Shown: positions 27,601-37,288 of the stretch, piece by piece | Layout: each line of letters opens with the position of its first letter | Numbering within the stretch: the stretch's first letter is position 1 | NCBI GenBank assembly: GCA_039915085.1 | Contig: JBDSOC010000074.1 | Location: 108 to 64,107 of the forward strand | DNA: 64,000 nt | Reading direction: 5' to 3' | Source of the DNA: Chitinophagaceae bacterium | GTDB lineage: Bacteria > Bacteroidota > Bacteroidia > Chitinophagales > Chitinophagaceae | Notes under the pieces: generated by a model | Told to the model about the DNA's origin: nothing | The model's database searches: none | Seen by the model: only the letters and a program-made list of their open reading frames with translations | Position numbers and translations under genes: made by a program

Positions 27601-29752
27601 TATCAGCAAATTTGAATTGGGAAAAGACAACCAGTTGTTAAGCCTTAACAGCACTTCTCCCGCTCCGGACGCCCCTGTTGATGTAACTTTTAAAGATTTC
27701 AGGCTGTCTACATTATCTGCTTTCATTAAACAGGATTCATTGTTTATAGATGGAACACTTAATGGAAAGGCTGAACTGAGTGACCTGATGAAACAACCCA
27801 GTTTTACCAGCGATCTGACAGTAAACAACCTGGCAATGAGCAAGGATACACTGGGCGACCTTCGTATGCAGGTTAATAATACCAAGGCAAATACTTTTGC
27901 TGCAGATGTACAATTATCCGGACATGGAAATGATGTACAGTTAAAAGGTGATTATTACATGAAGCCAAACAATCAAAGCAGTTTTGATCTAACTGCGGAT
28001 ATCAGGCAGCTTCAGTTACATACACTTGAAGGTGCTACCAACCAGGCTATCCGTGACGCAACCGGTATGGTGAATGGCAAACTATCAATTACAGGCAACC
28101 TTGATAAACCGCAGGTAAATGGGGATATTAACTTTAATAAAACACGTTTTAACCTTGGCATGCTAAACAGTTATTTTAGTATTGACCAGGAAAAGATCGC
28201 ATTCAGTCCGGAAGGAATTCACTTTGATACTTTTACCATTGCTGATTCATCGGGCAATAAAGCAGTGCTGGACGGAATGGCATATACCAGCGATTTCCAG
28301 CATTATAAATTTGATCTTACTGCCCGCGCCAGGGATTTCCATGCACTTAATACCACTAAAAAGAATAATAAAATTTATTACGGTCAGTTATTTTTTACCA
28401 CCAATCTCAGCATAAAAGGTACAGAGGCCGCGCCGGTTATTGATGGCAGCCTTACTATCAATGATAAAACAAAATTAACCGTGGTATTGCCACAAAGAGA
28501 ACCAGGTATCGAAGAAAGGGAAGGCATTGTAAAATTTGTAAATGCAAATGCACCCCCAACAGATTTTGTTTTGATGAATTCTTATGATTCTCTTAACCAG
28601 GCGACTGCTACCGGCATGGATGTTTCTGTAAATATTGAAGTAAAAAAAGAAGCAGAACTAAGTTTAGTCATCGATGAAGGCAATGGCGACTTACTGAATG
28701 TAAGAGGAGAAGCGCTATTGAATGCCGGTATCGATCCAAGCGGCAAAATAACATTGACTGGTTCCTATGAAATGGAAAGCGGGTCTTACGATCTTACATT
28801 TAATTTATTAAAGAGAAAATTTGACATTCAGAAAGGAAGTAAAATAACCTGGAAAGGAGAACCAACAGAAGCAGAGGTAGACCTTACCGCTGTATATATT
28901 GCCAATACAGCCCCGCTTGATTTGGTAAAAGATCAACTGGAAGGTTCTATTGCTACTATCCGCAACACATATCTGCAGAAACTCCCTTTTGAAGTAGACC
29001 TGAAAATGAAAGGCGCGTTACTTAAGCCTGATATTACTTTCGATATATTATTGCCGGATAATAAAAACTACAATGTTTCCAAAAACATAATAGAGCTGGT
29101 AAATCAAAAATTAACTGAACTCAGAAAAGAACCTTCTGAGCTGAATAAACAGGTATTTGCGCTATTGCTTCTGACAAGGTTTGTAACTGAAAATCCATTT
29201 CAGAGCAGCGGAAGCAGTATGACAGCAGCATCTTTTGCACGTGCCAGTGTAAGTAAAATTTTAACGGAACAATTAAATCAGCTGGCAACAGATTTAATAA
29301 AAGGCGTTGATATTAATTTTGATGTGGTATCGCAGGACGATGATTACAGTTCTGGTGAACGTGCCAGTAAAACAGACCTCAATGTAGCATTGTCTAAACG
29401 CCTGCTCAATGATCGGCTTACTGTAACTGTCGGCAGTAATTTTGAACTGGAAGGCGCTCAAAATACAGGAGCCCAAACATCCAATATTGCAGGAAATGTG
29501 GCGGTTGATTATCAGTTAAGCAAAGATGGGCGCTATTTATTGCGTGCGTACCGGAAAAATGATTACCAGGGCATCATTGAAGGTTATATTATAGAAACAG
29601 GCATAGGTTTTATTCTGACAGTAGATTATAACCGTTTCCGTGAAATCTTTCAAACTGCGAAACAAAAAGCACGATTAAGGGCAGAAAGAAAAGCAAAGCA
29701 AAAGGAAAATACACCCCAAAAAGCAGAGACCAAAACCGGCAGCAATGAATAG
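24632..29752 (+). CDS. tamB: translocation and assembly module protein TamB (AsmA-family, DUF490 C-terminus)
   Basis: 1706 aa with a single N-terminal TM anchor and a very long beta-rich repetitive body. The C-terminus is TamB-like (..LSKRLLNDRLTVTVGSNFELEG...YRLLRAYRKNDYQGIIEGYIIETGIGF). It overlaps the downstream Omp85 gene by 8 nt. Confidence 0.8.
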   Translation: MSENKPVNTTRSSVLSRLGRLFLKILLVIFILLLLVIVLVQTPFIQNIAREKAQDYLSGKLKTKVVLGRLYIGFPQTVELGNVYIEDLQKDTLLSGKSLKVNINMWKLLHSDVAINKIELEGITAKIKRQLPDTSFNFQFIVDAFAGTQKAVPQKTDTSALKISLDNLLLNKVRLVYNDIVTGNDMEVWIEHSNTNIDKLDPTHMLYSVPLIEMTGVRARVYQNKPLQTPEENTKAIKKTGQPNPLQLALKKINLTDIVFDYQNSVSALYSNIQLGELKGDVRAFDLNKQLILLNEIQLNKTTATVRIGKQKTAEVLSKKAAPIVDSADAGWRLMVANTSLQDNNIQFDDDSKMKLAKGMDFAHIKATKFTIEIKDLKYSKDSIAGNITKGSMQEQSGFALNSFHTNFLYAANQAWLKDLSIQTPGSSIQRSLVVSYPSIEAVQKDPSKMNIDVDLQNSKIQVKDILIFAPFLNKEPAFKNNNAVLLVNSRIKGSMANLTIPVFQFSGLQNTKMDISGTIQNATDAKKIHADLVIKNFSSSRKDIMSLVPPKTLPSNIVLPEKFSLSGKFKGGMKAIETDLKLNSDLGDATVKGTASQFTDKRNALYDLAVTLNKVNLGVLLKDTAKTFGIVTASFTAKGKGYDPQYANAKLHGIVRSAELKQYNYQNLVMDASIANQQLKAVADIRDPNIALSLDAKGNFATKYPAVQLTMKIDTLRTLPLHLTTDTLFYQGNLTADFPATNPDSLMGNLLVTKSVLINNKTRIPMDTVQIAAGKTDSGQFVHVRSDIVKLQLNGKYKLTQMGSVFQQAMEPYFSRVADSSLVKTDPYDFTITGTIINKPLLKALVPQLDSLKDVTLQSHFSSDNGWQARVQAPLIINGANKINNLQLNAATQKDKLFVNASVANIQSGTSLNVYATSLTAAIANNKIDFTLLNKDKTSKDKYRLSGLLEQPSKGQYAFSLKSDSLMLNYDKWNINTDNKIVYDGNGVNISKFELGKDNQLLSLNSTSPAPDAPVDVTFKDFRLSTLSAFIKQDSLFIDGTLNGKAELSDLMKQPSFTSDLTVNNLAMSKDTLGDLRMQVNNTKANTFAADVQLSGHGNDVQLKGDYYMKPNNQSSFDLTADIRQLQLHTLEGATNQAIRDATGMVNGKLSITGNLDKPQVNGDINFNKTRFNLGMLNSYFSIDQEKIAFSPEGIHFDTFTIADSSGNKAVLDGMAYTSDFQHYKFDLTARARDFHALNTTKKNNKIYYGQLFFTTNLSIKGTEAAPVIDGSLTINDKTKLTVVLPQREPGIEEREGIVKFVNANAPPTDFVLMNSYDSLNQATATGMDVSVNIEVKKEAELSLVIDEGNGDLLNVRGEALLNAGIDPSGKITLTGSYEMESGSYDLTFNLLKRKFDIQKGSKITWKGEPTEAEVDLTAVYIANTAPLDLVKDQLEGSIATIRNTYLQKLPFEVDLKMKGALLKPDITFDILLPDNKNYNVSKNIIELVNQKLTELRKEPSELNKQVFALLLLTRFVTENPFQSSGSSMTAASFARASVSKILTEQLNQLATDLIKGVDINFDVVSQDDDYSSGERASKTDLNVALSKRLLNDRLTVTVGSNFELEGAQNTGAQTSNIAGNVAVDYQLSKDGRYLLRAYRKNDYQGIIEGYIIETGIGFILTVDYNRFREIFQTAKQKARLRAERKAKQKENTPQKAETKTGSNE

Positions 29753-32048
29753 AAGGAGATGCATATATATTTATCCTGTAATAATATTTTTTATTTGTTC
29801 ATGCAGCAATACTAAATACCTGCCTGCCGGCGAATCATTATATACGGGTGCAAAAGTTATTGTAAAAACTACCGGGCCCGCCGATAAAAAAACAAAAAAC
29901 ATCCGTGCGGAATTAGAAGATCTCACGCGGCCAAAACCCAATAAAAAAATACTGGGCCTGCGTATCAGATTATTTATCTACAATATTGCCGGCCACCCAA
30001 AAAAAGAAACTTCCCTGCGCGGTAAATTAAAATATAAGACCGGGGAAGCACCCGTGTTATTAAGTGATCTAAGCCTGGACCGCAATATTAAAATACTTGC
30101 CAGCAATCTGCAAAACCAGGGATTTATGCAGGCAGCTGTAACCGGCGATACTGTTGTAAAAAACAGGAGAGCCACAGCAGTTTATACGGCAGAAGCGGGT
30201 ATGCAATACAAAATAAAAAACGTTGCTTTTGAAAAGGACAGCAGCCTGCTTTCCAAAACCATTGCAAGCTCCTCAACCGGATCTTTTCTTAAACCCGGCA
30301 AGCCCTATAACCTTGATGTGATTAAAGCAGAGAGGGACCGCATTGACGCATTCCTGAAAGAAAAAGGTTTTTATTATTTCAATGCTGAATTTCTATATAT
30401 CAGCGTAGACTCCAGCATCGGCAACCATGAGGTTAACCTGGCGGTAAATACCAAACCAATTATTCCGGCACAATCAAAAAATACTTATTTAATTAATGAT
30501 ATTTTTATTTTTTCAAATTACCGTTTGAATTCAGCGGCCACTGATACAGTAAAAAACGCAGCAGTTGCTTATAAAGGTTACCAGATAATTGATAAACAGC
30601 ATTTATATAAACCACAGATGTTTGACAGAATGATGCTGTTCAGTCCTGGAGATACCTATAAGAGGTCCAGTCATAATCTTACACTAAACCGTTTAATCAC
30701 ACTGGGTCTTTTCAAATTTGTAAAAAACAGGTTTGAAATGGCGCCCCAGCAGGATACGCCAAAATTGAATACTTATTATTATCTGACACCAATGCCCAAG
30801 AAATCACTACGGGTAGAATTGAATGGCAGCACCAAATCAAATAACCTTACAGGCTCACAAATAAGCGTAAGCTGGCGCAACCGCAATACATTCAAAGCCG
30901 GTGAATTACTTAGTATTACCGGTCTTGGTGGTTTTGAGGTACAATACAGCGGGCAGTATAAAGGCTTTAATACTTACCGTGCTGGTTTGGAAGCCAACCT
31001 GGCTATACCAAGATTTGTAGTTCCATTTTTTAATTTTAATACACGTGGCGGGTTTGTTCCTAAGACTAATATTCTGATTGCCTACGATTTGCTTAACAAA
31101 CAAAAACTGTATACGTTAAATTCTTTTCGTGCAGCATATGGTTATAGCTGGAAAGAAAACGTACAAAAGGAACACCAGTTTAACCCTATAAGTATAAATT
31201 ATGTACAACCAGTGAACGTAACGGATATCTACCGCGCTGCCATTGATACAAATCCAACACTTCAAAAAGCGATCGACAAACAATTTATCCTTGGTTCTAC
31301 ATATAGCTATACGTACAATCCCTTAACAGGAAACGGACCACAAACAGGTTTATACTTTAATGGCAATATCGATTTGTCGGGAAATATCGCCGGGTTGGTT
31401 ACCGGCGCCGACCTAAAAAAAGGCAAAGAAGTTCATATATTCAATGCAGCGTTTTCACAGTACCTCCGTGGGGATGTAGATGTCCGTTACTATTTAAAAA
31501 GCGGCAAAAACAGTGTATGGGCCAACAGGCTCCTGGTAGGCCTGGGTTATCCGTATGGCAATTCATCTTCGCTGCCGTTTATCAAACAATTTTTTATTGG
31601 TGGCAACAATAGTATCCGTGCATTCCGGAGCCGCTCTCTTGGTCCTGGTACTTATCTTGCCTCAAAAGATACCATTACTAAATTCTTTCCTGATCAGTCC
31701 GGTGATATAAAACTAGAAATAAATACAGAGTACCGTATGAAATTAGTGAGTGTTGTAAATGGCGCTGTATTTGTAGATGCGGGTAATATATGGTTGTATA
31801 ATAAAGACACGCTAAAACCGGGTGCAGAATTCACCAATAAATTCATGAATCAACTGGCGGTTGGCGCAGGTGTTGGGTTGCGTGTGGATGTATCTTTCCT
31901 TGTATTGCGTTTAGATGTTGCCTTCCCACTAAGAAAGCCATGGCTGCCTGATGGACAGCAATGGGTAATAGATCAGATTGATTTTACCAGTGGCACCTGG
32001 CGGAAAAATAATCTGGTCCTTAATATTGCAATTGGCTATCCGTTTTAA
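29745..32048 (+). CDS. tamA: Omp85-family outer membrane protein (TamA/BamA family)
   Basis: 767 aa with a lipoprotein-like N-terminus and POTRA-like repeats. The C-terminal barrel has FFIGGNNSIRAFRSRSLGPG, ...VFVDAGNIW and GAGVGLRVD, and the protein ends in F. Confidence 0.85.
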   Translation: MNRRRCIYIYPVIIFFICSCSNTKYLPAGESLYTGAKVIVKTTGPADKKTKNIRAELEDLTRPKPNKKILGLRIRLFIYNIAGHPKKETSLRGKLKYKTGEAPVLLSDLSLDRNIKILASNLQNQGFMQAAVTGDTVVKNRRATAVYTAEAGMQYKIKNVAFEKDSSLLSKTIASSSTGSFLKPGKPYNLDVIKAERDRIDAFLKEKGFYYFNAEFLYISVDSSIGNHEVNLAVNTKPIIPAQSKNTYLINDIFIFSNYRLNSAATDTVKNAAVAYKGYQIIDKQHLYKPQMFDRMMLFSPGDTYKRSSHNLTLNRLITLGLFKFVKNRFEMAPQQDTPKLNTYYYLTPMPKKSLRVELNGSTKSNNLTGSQISVSWRNRNTFKAGELLSITGLGGFEVQYSGQYKGFNTYRAGLEANLAIPRFVVPFFNFNTRGGFVPKTNILIAYDLLNKQKLYTLNSFRAAYGYSWKENVQKEHQFNPISINYVQPVNVTDIYRAAIDTNPTLQKAIDKQFILGSTYSYTYNPLTGNGPQTGLYFNGNIDLSGNIAGLVTGADLKKGKEVHIFNAAFSQYLRGDVDVRYYLKSGKNSVWANRLLVGLGYPYGNSSSLPFIKQFFIGGNNSIRAFRSRSLGPGTYLASKDTITKFFPDQSGDIKLEINTEYRMKLVSVVNGAVFVDAGNIWLYNKDTLKPGAEFTNKFMNQLAVGAGVGLRVDVSFLVLRLDVAFPLRKPWLPDGQQWVIDQIDFTSGTWRKNNLVLNIAIGYPF

Positions 32049-32082
32049 TAACACTAATTACCGCTGATGACATTAATAGACC

Positions 32083-32118
32083 AGACAACGGGAGTCTTGA
32101 AGACTCACGTTGTCTTTT
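32083..32118. terminator. bidirectional terminator between convergent genes
   Basis: This is a nested hairpin: agacaacg-ggagtctt-g-aagactc-a-cgttgtct, followed by TTTT. Confidence 0.6.
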
Positions 32119-32125
32119 GTCAGCA

Positions 32126-33787
32126 TTACATTCCGGCTGTTTGCTTTATTCCGGTAAATACCGACTTCCACATGAGGTTAAAAAAAGAACGATTGGTAAT
32201 ACGTTTGTAATGCACATCTTCAACCCTCACTGGCTTTTTACGAAGTGGGTTAGCATTTTTTATTATGATGTTTGCCACAAAACTTGCCAGGGTTTTTTTC
32301 TGTAGTTTATTATCAGCACTGTCTTTTTTTAACAGCGTTAATTTCAGATCATCATATAATAAAGTAAGTTTTCCATCAGAACCATAATTATGTGCCGCAA
32401 AATTAAACTCCAGGTTGTGTACATATCCTTTTTCGATCTTTGCGAGGCCCATTGGTTCTATCAGTTTGTTTAATTTTTCTGCTTCAAACCCTTCTTCAAG
32501 TCCACCTGTAAATAAAAACCTGCCCTGCGGGTTGTTTAAAACCATATTCAGGCGTACATGCATAGGTGCAAAATCAAGAAAACGGGCATGAAAATTAAGG
32601 ATACAACTATTCTTCTTTTTTATTAGCAGCGGATCATTGGTTACATTGTCAATAACTGCACGGGCATTTACAAACTGCACTTTACCACTGTAATCAGATT
32701 TTGGATTTTTCTCTTTGTATTCAATAAATGCACTGCTCACAATTAATTTTTTTAGTGATAACAGCAGTGGCATTTTCATTAAGAGTTGCTGCGGAAATTG
32801 TCCGACCCTGCTTGATTTATCCTCAGGGTAGTTCCGATCACGAAATATTTTTACATTGCATTCCTTTATTACCAGGCTGTCTGCAACCAAATCCGTCTCC
32901 ATCAACCGGCGTAAATTTATATGTCTCAGAGAAATATTCTTAAAGTTAAGGTTGAACCTGTCGTTTTGCAATTTTGAGAATGCTGCAAATTTTTCCTCGC
33001 TTAATTGCGGTTCTATCTGTACGGATTTAACCGAAAATAAACCGCCTTCATTATTAAAATAAAAGCCTTCAAATTTATAAAAATAGGTGCTGGGCTTATT
33101 TTTAATCAGGGCGCTGCCGCCACTTACCGTAACATGTTTTGCAAAAAAGAATCTTGAACTGTCATTGCTGTGCAAGCTGTCAATCAGCACGTCTTTCAGG
33201 TGTACAGAAATATCTGATGCTTGTATGGTTGTTTTATCATTGAGTATATTTATAAAAGAAAGTGATACATGTGTAACATCTACGGTATCAGCCTGTATTT
33301 CTTTCAGGTCGCCCAGCAATTGCTGGTACATTTCTTCCTTTACAGCATTACTACTTGTATCCGGATGCCCCTTTGCATAATAGAAAACAACGGTTGCGTT
33401 ACTTATTTCCAGCTTCCTTCCGCTAACTTTTTTATTCAGCATGGCTTTGGGCGTTTTAACACCCGCAATTTTTAATTCAGGTACAAGCAAAGACAGCAAC
33501 AATGGCGGGTTTCTCTTATCCGCTACCAGCTGTTTAAATTTAGCAGTATCTGGTATGATTTGTAAATTGGTTACATACAAATAACCGCCTGCCTCATCCA
33601 AATCCATTTTATCGTACCGAATGGTGTAAAGGCCGTGACTTCTCTCATATACTACACTCTTTACTTTACCCTTTATAAATTTATATTTAATCATATTCCA
33701 GCCAACAATCCCCGCCACGGCCAGTAAAAGAATTATTATAATAAAAGTTATAAAGGATTTACCAAAGGAAATATTTTTAAATGTCAT
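32126..33787 (-). CDS. membrane-anchored beta-rich protein; AsmA-like is only a guess
   Basis: 553 aa with one N-terminal TM helix (FITFIIIILLLAVAGIVGW) followed by a long alternating-pattern sequence with no catalytic motifs. The family assignment rests on architecture and neighbourhood only. Confidence 0.5.
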   Translation of the reverse strand: MTFKNISFGKSFITFIIIILLLAVAGIVGWNMIKYKFIKGKVKSVVYERSHGLYTIRYDKMDLDEAGGYLYVTNLQIIPDTAKFKQLVADKRNPPLLLSLLVPELKIAGVKTPKAMLNKKVSGRKLEISNATVVFYYAKGHPDTSSNAVKEEMYQQLLGDLKEIQADTVDVTHVSLSFINILNDKTTIQASDISVHLKDVLIDSLHSNDSSRFFFAKHVTVSGGSALIKNKPSTYFYKFEGFYFNNEGGLFSVKSVQIEPQLSEEKFAAFSKLQNDRFNLNFKNISLRHINLRRLMETDLVADSLVIKECNVKIFRDRNYPEDKSSRVGQFPQQLLMKMPLLLSLKKLIVSSAFIEYKEKNPKSDYSGKVQFVNARAVIDNVTNDPLLIKKKNSCILNFHARFLDFAPMHVRLNMVLNNPQGRFLFTGGLEEGFEAEKLNKLIEPMGLAKIEKGYVHNLEFNFAAHNYGSDGKLTLLYDDLKLTLLKKDSADNKLQKKTLASFVANIIIKNANPLRKKPVRVEDVHYKRITNRSFFNLMWKSVFTGIKQTAGM

Positions 33788-33854
33788 TATTATTATTTTA
33801 GCTACCCTGTAACAATACCTGCATATAATTCAGTCTGATGGAAACCAGCGTTTC

Positions 33855-34031
33855 CTACTGCTCATCTTCTTTGGCCTTTTTATCTGCCGCGTTTGATTTT
33901 AATTCGTCCTTTTTGGGCTTCTGATTGTGCGAAGCAGGGGAAAATGCGCCCTCAGGTTGACCTGGGTTTATTTCATTATAACCCTTTTTTGTAGCAAGAT
34001 TCTCTTTGCCGGCTGGTTGTGTTTTTTTCAT
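33855..34031 (-). CDS. possible 58-aa hydrophilic Lys-rich protein: MKKTQPAGKENLATKKGYNEINPGQPEGAFSPASHNQKPKKDELKSNAADKKAKEDEQ
   Basis: I translated this ORF by hand; it is below the track cutoff. It sits 67 nt upstream of the 553-aa gene on the same strand. There is no homology evidence. Confidence 0.3.
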   Translation of the reverse strand: MKKTQPAGKENLATKKGYNEINPGQPEGAFSPASHNQKPKKDELKSNAADKKAKEDEQ

Positions 34032-34587
34032 AATTTTTTAATTATATCCTTCTATGTTAATAAAAACATGCCAAAGGGGCTTATACAAATCCTGTCCTGC
34101 TATCGCTTATTCAGGCTGGTTTAATTCCATCATAGCGGTAGTTTGACCGAGTAAAATCAAAAAGACAGCTTTTATATTTTAATGAGGAAATATCTCTACA
34201 GTATCATTTTTTTTACCCGCTTGTAAAGGGCTGCCTTCTGAAGATTTTTATACTTTTATGCCGCACAATACACATCAGAGACCCAAATCCACATCATGGG
34301 CTGATGGTCTAAATACTACCAAATAGATTTCATTAGATCTTAAAAAAATAAAAGTATCTTGATGAAGCGCAACCAACAGCAATAATTGCCAAAACATATT
34401 TTTTAAAAAAGCGGCTATAAGTGAATATTCGTTTTGCACGTTGATAAATTAAATTTGAAATGCCATTATTTGCATTCGTTTATAATTCGTAATGACCTTT
34501 TGTAAAATCGTTTTAAAAAATAAATTTTCACAATTTGGGGAAAAACCAGCTCCAAAAATTTAGCATAATATTGGTTCTACTACAGCT

Positions 34588-35814
34588 ATGTTTAAAAATT
34601 GGCTCATTCTATTTTTATCTATCCTTCCGGTTTGCCTGCTGTCACAAAATCCTGCGGGTATGATTATTCCTAGAACAAGCAATGCGCTGGATACAACCGG
34701 CCAAAAGGATTTGCTCGGCGTTTTAAAAAATTTTACCCATATTCATATAAAAACCCCACCTCGTGTAAATGGCCGTAAAGTGTATTATTCTTTATTACCT
34801 ATTGGTACAAGCGTGCCTGGTGGTGGTACGGCCTTGGTAACCACTACCCAGGCGGGTTTCTATTTAGGAGATCGAAAAACGACCTATTTATCAAGTGTTA
34901 CCTTTTCTCCCAGCACCAATTTTAAAGGTGCTTTTAATATTCCTTTCAATTCAAATATATGGTCACCGGGTAATAAGTGGAATTTCCAGGGCGATTTGCG
35001 TTACTCCTTTTTTCCACAATATACCTGGGGGTTAGGTGGGCGCCAGGAAAAAAATGACCGGTTGCTAATCAGTTATTCTTATGTGCGGTTTTATTTCAGT
35101 GCTTTAAGAAGGATAAAGCCTTATATGTTTGCGGGCATTGGCTATAACCTGGATTATCACATCGCCATTCATGCCGATGTTGATACAGCCGATCTGCAAA
35201 AGTTTACCGGGTATAAATATGGAACTACCAATCACTCCAATTCTTTTTCATCGGGGATTGCTTTTAATTTTTTATATGATGCCAGGGTAAACAGCATTAA
35301 TCCTTTACCAGGCTTTTATTACAACATCATTTACAGGGTAAATCCCAAATTTCTTGGCAGCAATGACGCCTGGCATTCATTATATGTGGATGTGCGCAAA
35401 TACATACCGTTTAGCAGGGAGGAACAAAATGTATTGGCTATCTGGACTTATCTGTGGACAACGCTGGGCAGCCATTCCCCTTATCTTGATCTGCCTGCTA
35501 CAGGTTGGGATGCCAATCAGCGTTCCGGGCGTGGGTTCTATAACCGCCGTTATACTGGTAAAACCCTGTGGTACCTGGAAACAGAATACCGTAAACAACT
35601 TACAGCAAACGGGTTGTTTGGCTTTGTTGTCTTCGCCAACCTCAATTCTGTAACCGAACCAGCTGATAAGGCTAAGTTTGCCTACCTGCATGCGGCAGCT
35701 GGCGCGGGATTACGTATTAAATTCAATAAAAATTCCGGAACCAATATCGGAATAGATTTTGGCGCCAGCAAACAATATTCATCGGTGTACATTAGTTTGG
35801 GAGAAGCTTTTTAA
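34588..35814 (+). CDS. POTRA-less Omp85-like outer membrane beta-barrel protein
   Basis: There is a signal peptide. Omp85 barrel motifs are present (GRGFYNRRYTGKTLWYLETEYRKQL...FVVFANLNSV, GAGLRIKF..NIGIDFG), and the C-terminus ends ...SLGEAF. Confidence 0.6.
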   Translation: MFKNWLILFLSILPVCLLSQNPAGMIIPRTSNALDTTGQKDLLGVLKNFTHIHIKTPPRVNGRKVYYSLLPIGTSVPGGGTALVTTTQAGFYLGDRKTTYLSSVTFSPSTNFKGAFNIPFNSNIWSPGNKWNFQGDLRYSFFPQYTWGLGGRQEKNDRLLISYSYVRFYFSALRRIKPYMFAGIGYNLDYHIAIHADVDTADLQKFTGYKYGTTNHSNSFSSGIAFNFLYDARVNSINPLPGFYYNIIYRVNPKFLGSNDAWHSLYVDVRKYIPFSREEQNVLAIWTYLWTTLGSHSPYLDLPATGWDANQRSGRGFYNRRYTGKTLWYLETEYRKQLTANGLFGFVVFANLNSVTEPADKAKFAYLHAAAGAGLRIKFNKNSGTNIGIDFGASKQYSSVYISLGEAF

Positions 35815-35869
35815 ATAAAAAAAGACAGACCTTCCCGGCCTGCCTTCCCTTCATAGATACAAATTTAAT

Positions 35870-37234
35870 TCATTGCCCCGTCATTCCCATACTCCTCTCT
35901 AACGCAATCCTTGCCGAGAGATAATCATATACCGCTTCCAGGTAATTGGATTGTGCTGTGGTCAATGCGAGTTCTGCATCGGTCAATTCAAGCCTGGACG
36001 CTACACCTTTGGCGTACCGGTATTGTGTAATATCGTAACTCAGCAAAGCCGTTTCTTTTACATTGGCACTGGTTTGTATACGCGCCGCTGTTTCGCTAAC
36101 GTCTGCCACTACCTGTTTTACTTCTGCCTTTAATTGTTCATACGCATTGGTTGCTCTCACTACCGATTGATCTTTTTCAATTTTCGCTTGTCGCACTCTG
36201 GCCTTATTGCCGTTACCATTAAAGATTGGTACGGTTACCTGTGCCCCAACAAAAGGAGTTGAAGGATAATAAGCATTAAAATAATTGAACTGGTTGGTTT
36301 GCGTTTGCAACAGGTACTGCGCATTTAGAGAAACCACAGGTTTCATGGTTGCAGTAGCCAGTTTGATTTGTTGCTCTGACATTTGCTGTTCCATATCCAG
36401 CGCTTTCAAATCGGCGCGGTGCAGTTTGGCTTCATTATATACTTCTTCCTCGGTGGGTATACTATTTGCGGCTGGCAGCAACAATGAATCACTGAGTTCA
36501 ATCTCCTGCAGGGAATCAACGCCCATTAATGTTTTCAGCTGCTGTTTACCCACTCCAATTGCATAAGACAGCTTCAATATACCGGGTTCCAGATTTTTCA
36601 CAGACGTAAATGCTCTCAGCGTATCCACCCGCAAAGCCCTTCCCTGTGCCAGTAAAGATTTTGCATCTTTTAATGCTTTTTCGTTACGTGCCAGGCTTTC
36701 ATTTTGCAATTTGATGCGTTCGCGCAGTACCAATAGCTGTATATAGGTTTGCTTTAAAATGGCAGCTATGTCGGTTTGTTTCCCGGTAACCAATAACCGG
36801 CTTTGCCGCTCCTGCAATTTTGCATATTGTATGCCCGGTTGAATACCTGCATTATAAACCGGTTGTGTTACAAATAAAGTAGCTGCTACCTGGTCTTTGC
36901 CACCAAAACGTCCATAAGGAATTTTATCGTTTCCGGGTGTATTGTTACCGAAGCCGAAAAAAACAGGTGACTGAAAATAATGTGACAGTTGCCCATTAAC
37001 ACCCACTACTGGTTTCTGCTGGCTTTTTGCGATTACTACCTGTTGCTCTGATCTGTCAATATTAAGGGAATTGATTTTTATCTCCCTGTTATTGGCAAGT
37101 GTTAAAGTAAGCGCTTCCTGTAAAGACAATTTACGGGTTTGTCCTGCCGCCATATAAGAAAACAGGCAGATGAGCGCAAATACGGTGAAGGTATATATGT
37201 ATGCTTGTTTGTGTGTCATAACAAAATAATTCAA
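35870..37234 (-). CDS. TolC-family outer membrane efflux protein
   Basis: 454 aa with a signal peptide and the two-repeat coiled-coil/barrel pattern typical of OMF proteins. It is the last gene of the MFP-RND-OMF operon. Confidence 0.85.
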   Translation of the reverse strand: MNYFVMTHKQAYIYTFTVFALICLFSYMAAGQTRKLSLQEALTLTLANNREIKINSLNIDRSEQQVVIAKSQQKPVVGVNGQLSHYFQSPVFFGFGNNTPGNDKIPYGRFGGKDQVAATLFVTQPVYNAGIQPGIQYAKLQERQSRLLVTGKQTDIAAILKQTYIQLLVLRERIKLQNESLARNEKALKDAKSLLAQGRALRVDTLRAFTSVKNLEPGILKLSYAIGVGKQQLKTLMGVDSLQEIELSDSLLLPAANSIPTEEEVYNEAKLHRADLKALDMEQQMSEQQIKLATATMKPVVSLNAQYLLQTQTNQFNYFNAYYPSTPFVGAQVTVPIFNGNGNKARVRQAKIEKDQSVVRATNAYEQLKAEVKQVVADVSETAARIQTSANVKETALLSYDITQYRYAKGVASRLELTDAELALTTAQSNYLEAVYDYLSARIALERSMGMTGQ

Positions 37235-37288
37235 AAGTTCGGAATTTCATCCCTCGCCTGGCGAAGGATGACAAATAGTTCAAAATAT

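Noticed and set aside
33927-34124. 65-aa plus-strand ORF in the intergenic region after the 553-aa gene
   Set aside because: It overlaps the opposite-strand 58-aa hydrophilic ORF and has a Phe/Cys/Leu-rich, implausible composition. Neither ORF is strongly supported, and I list only the minus-strand one, at low confidence.
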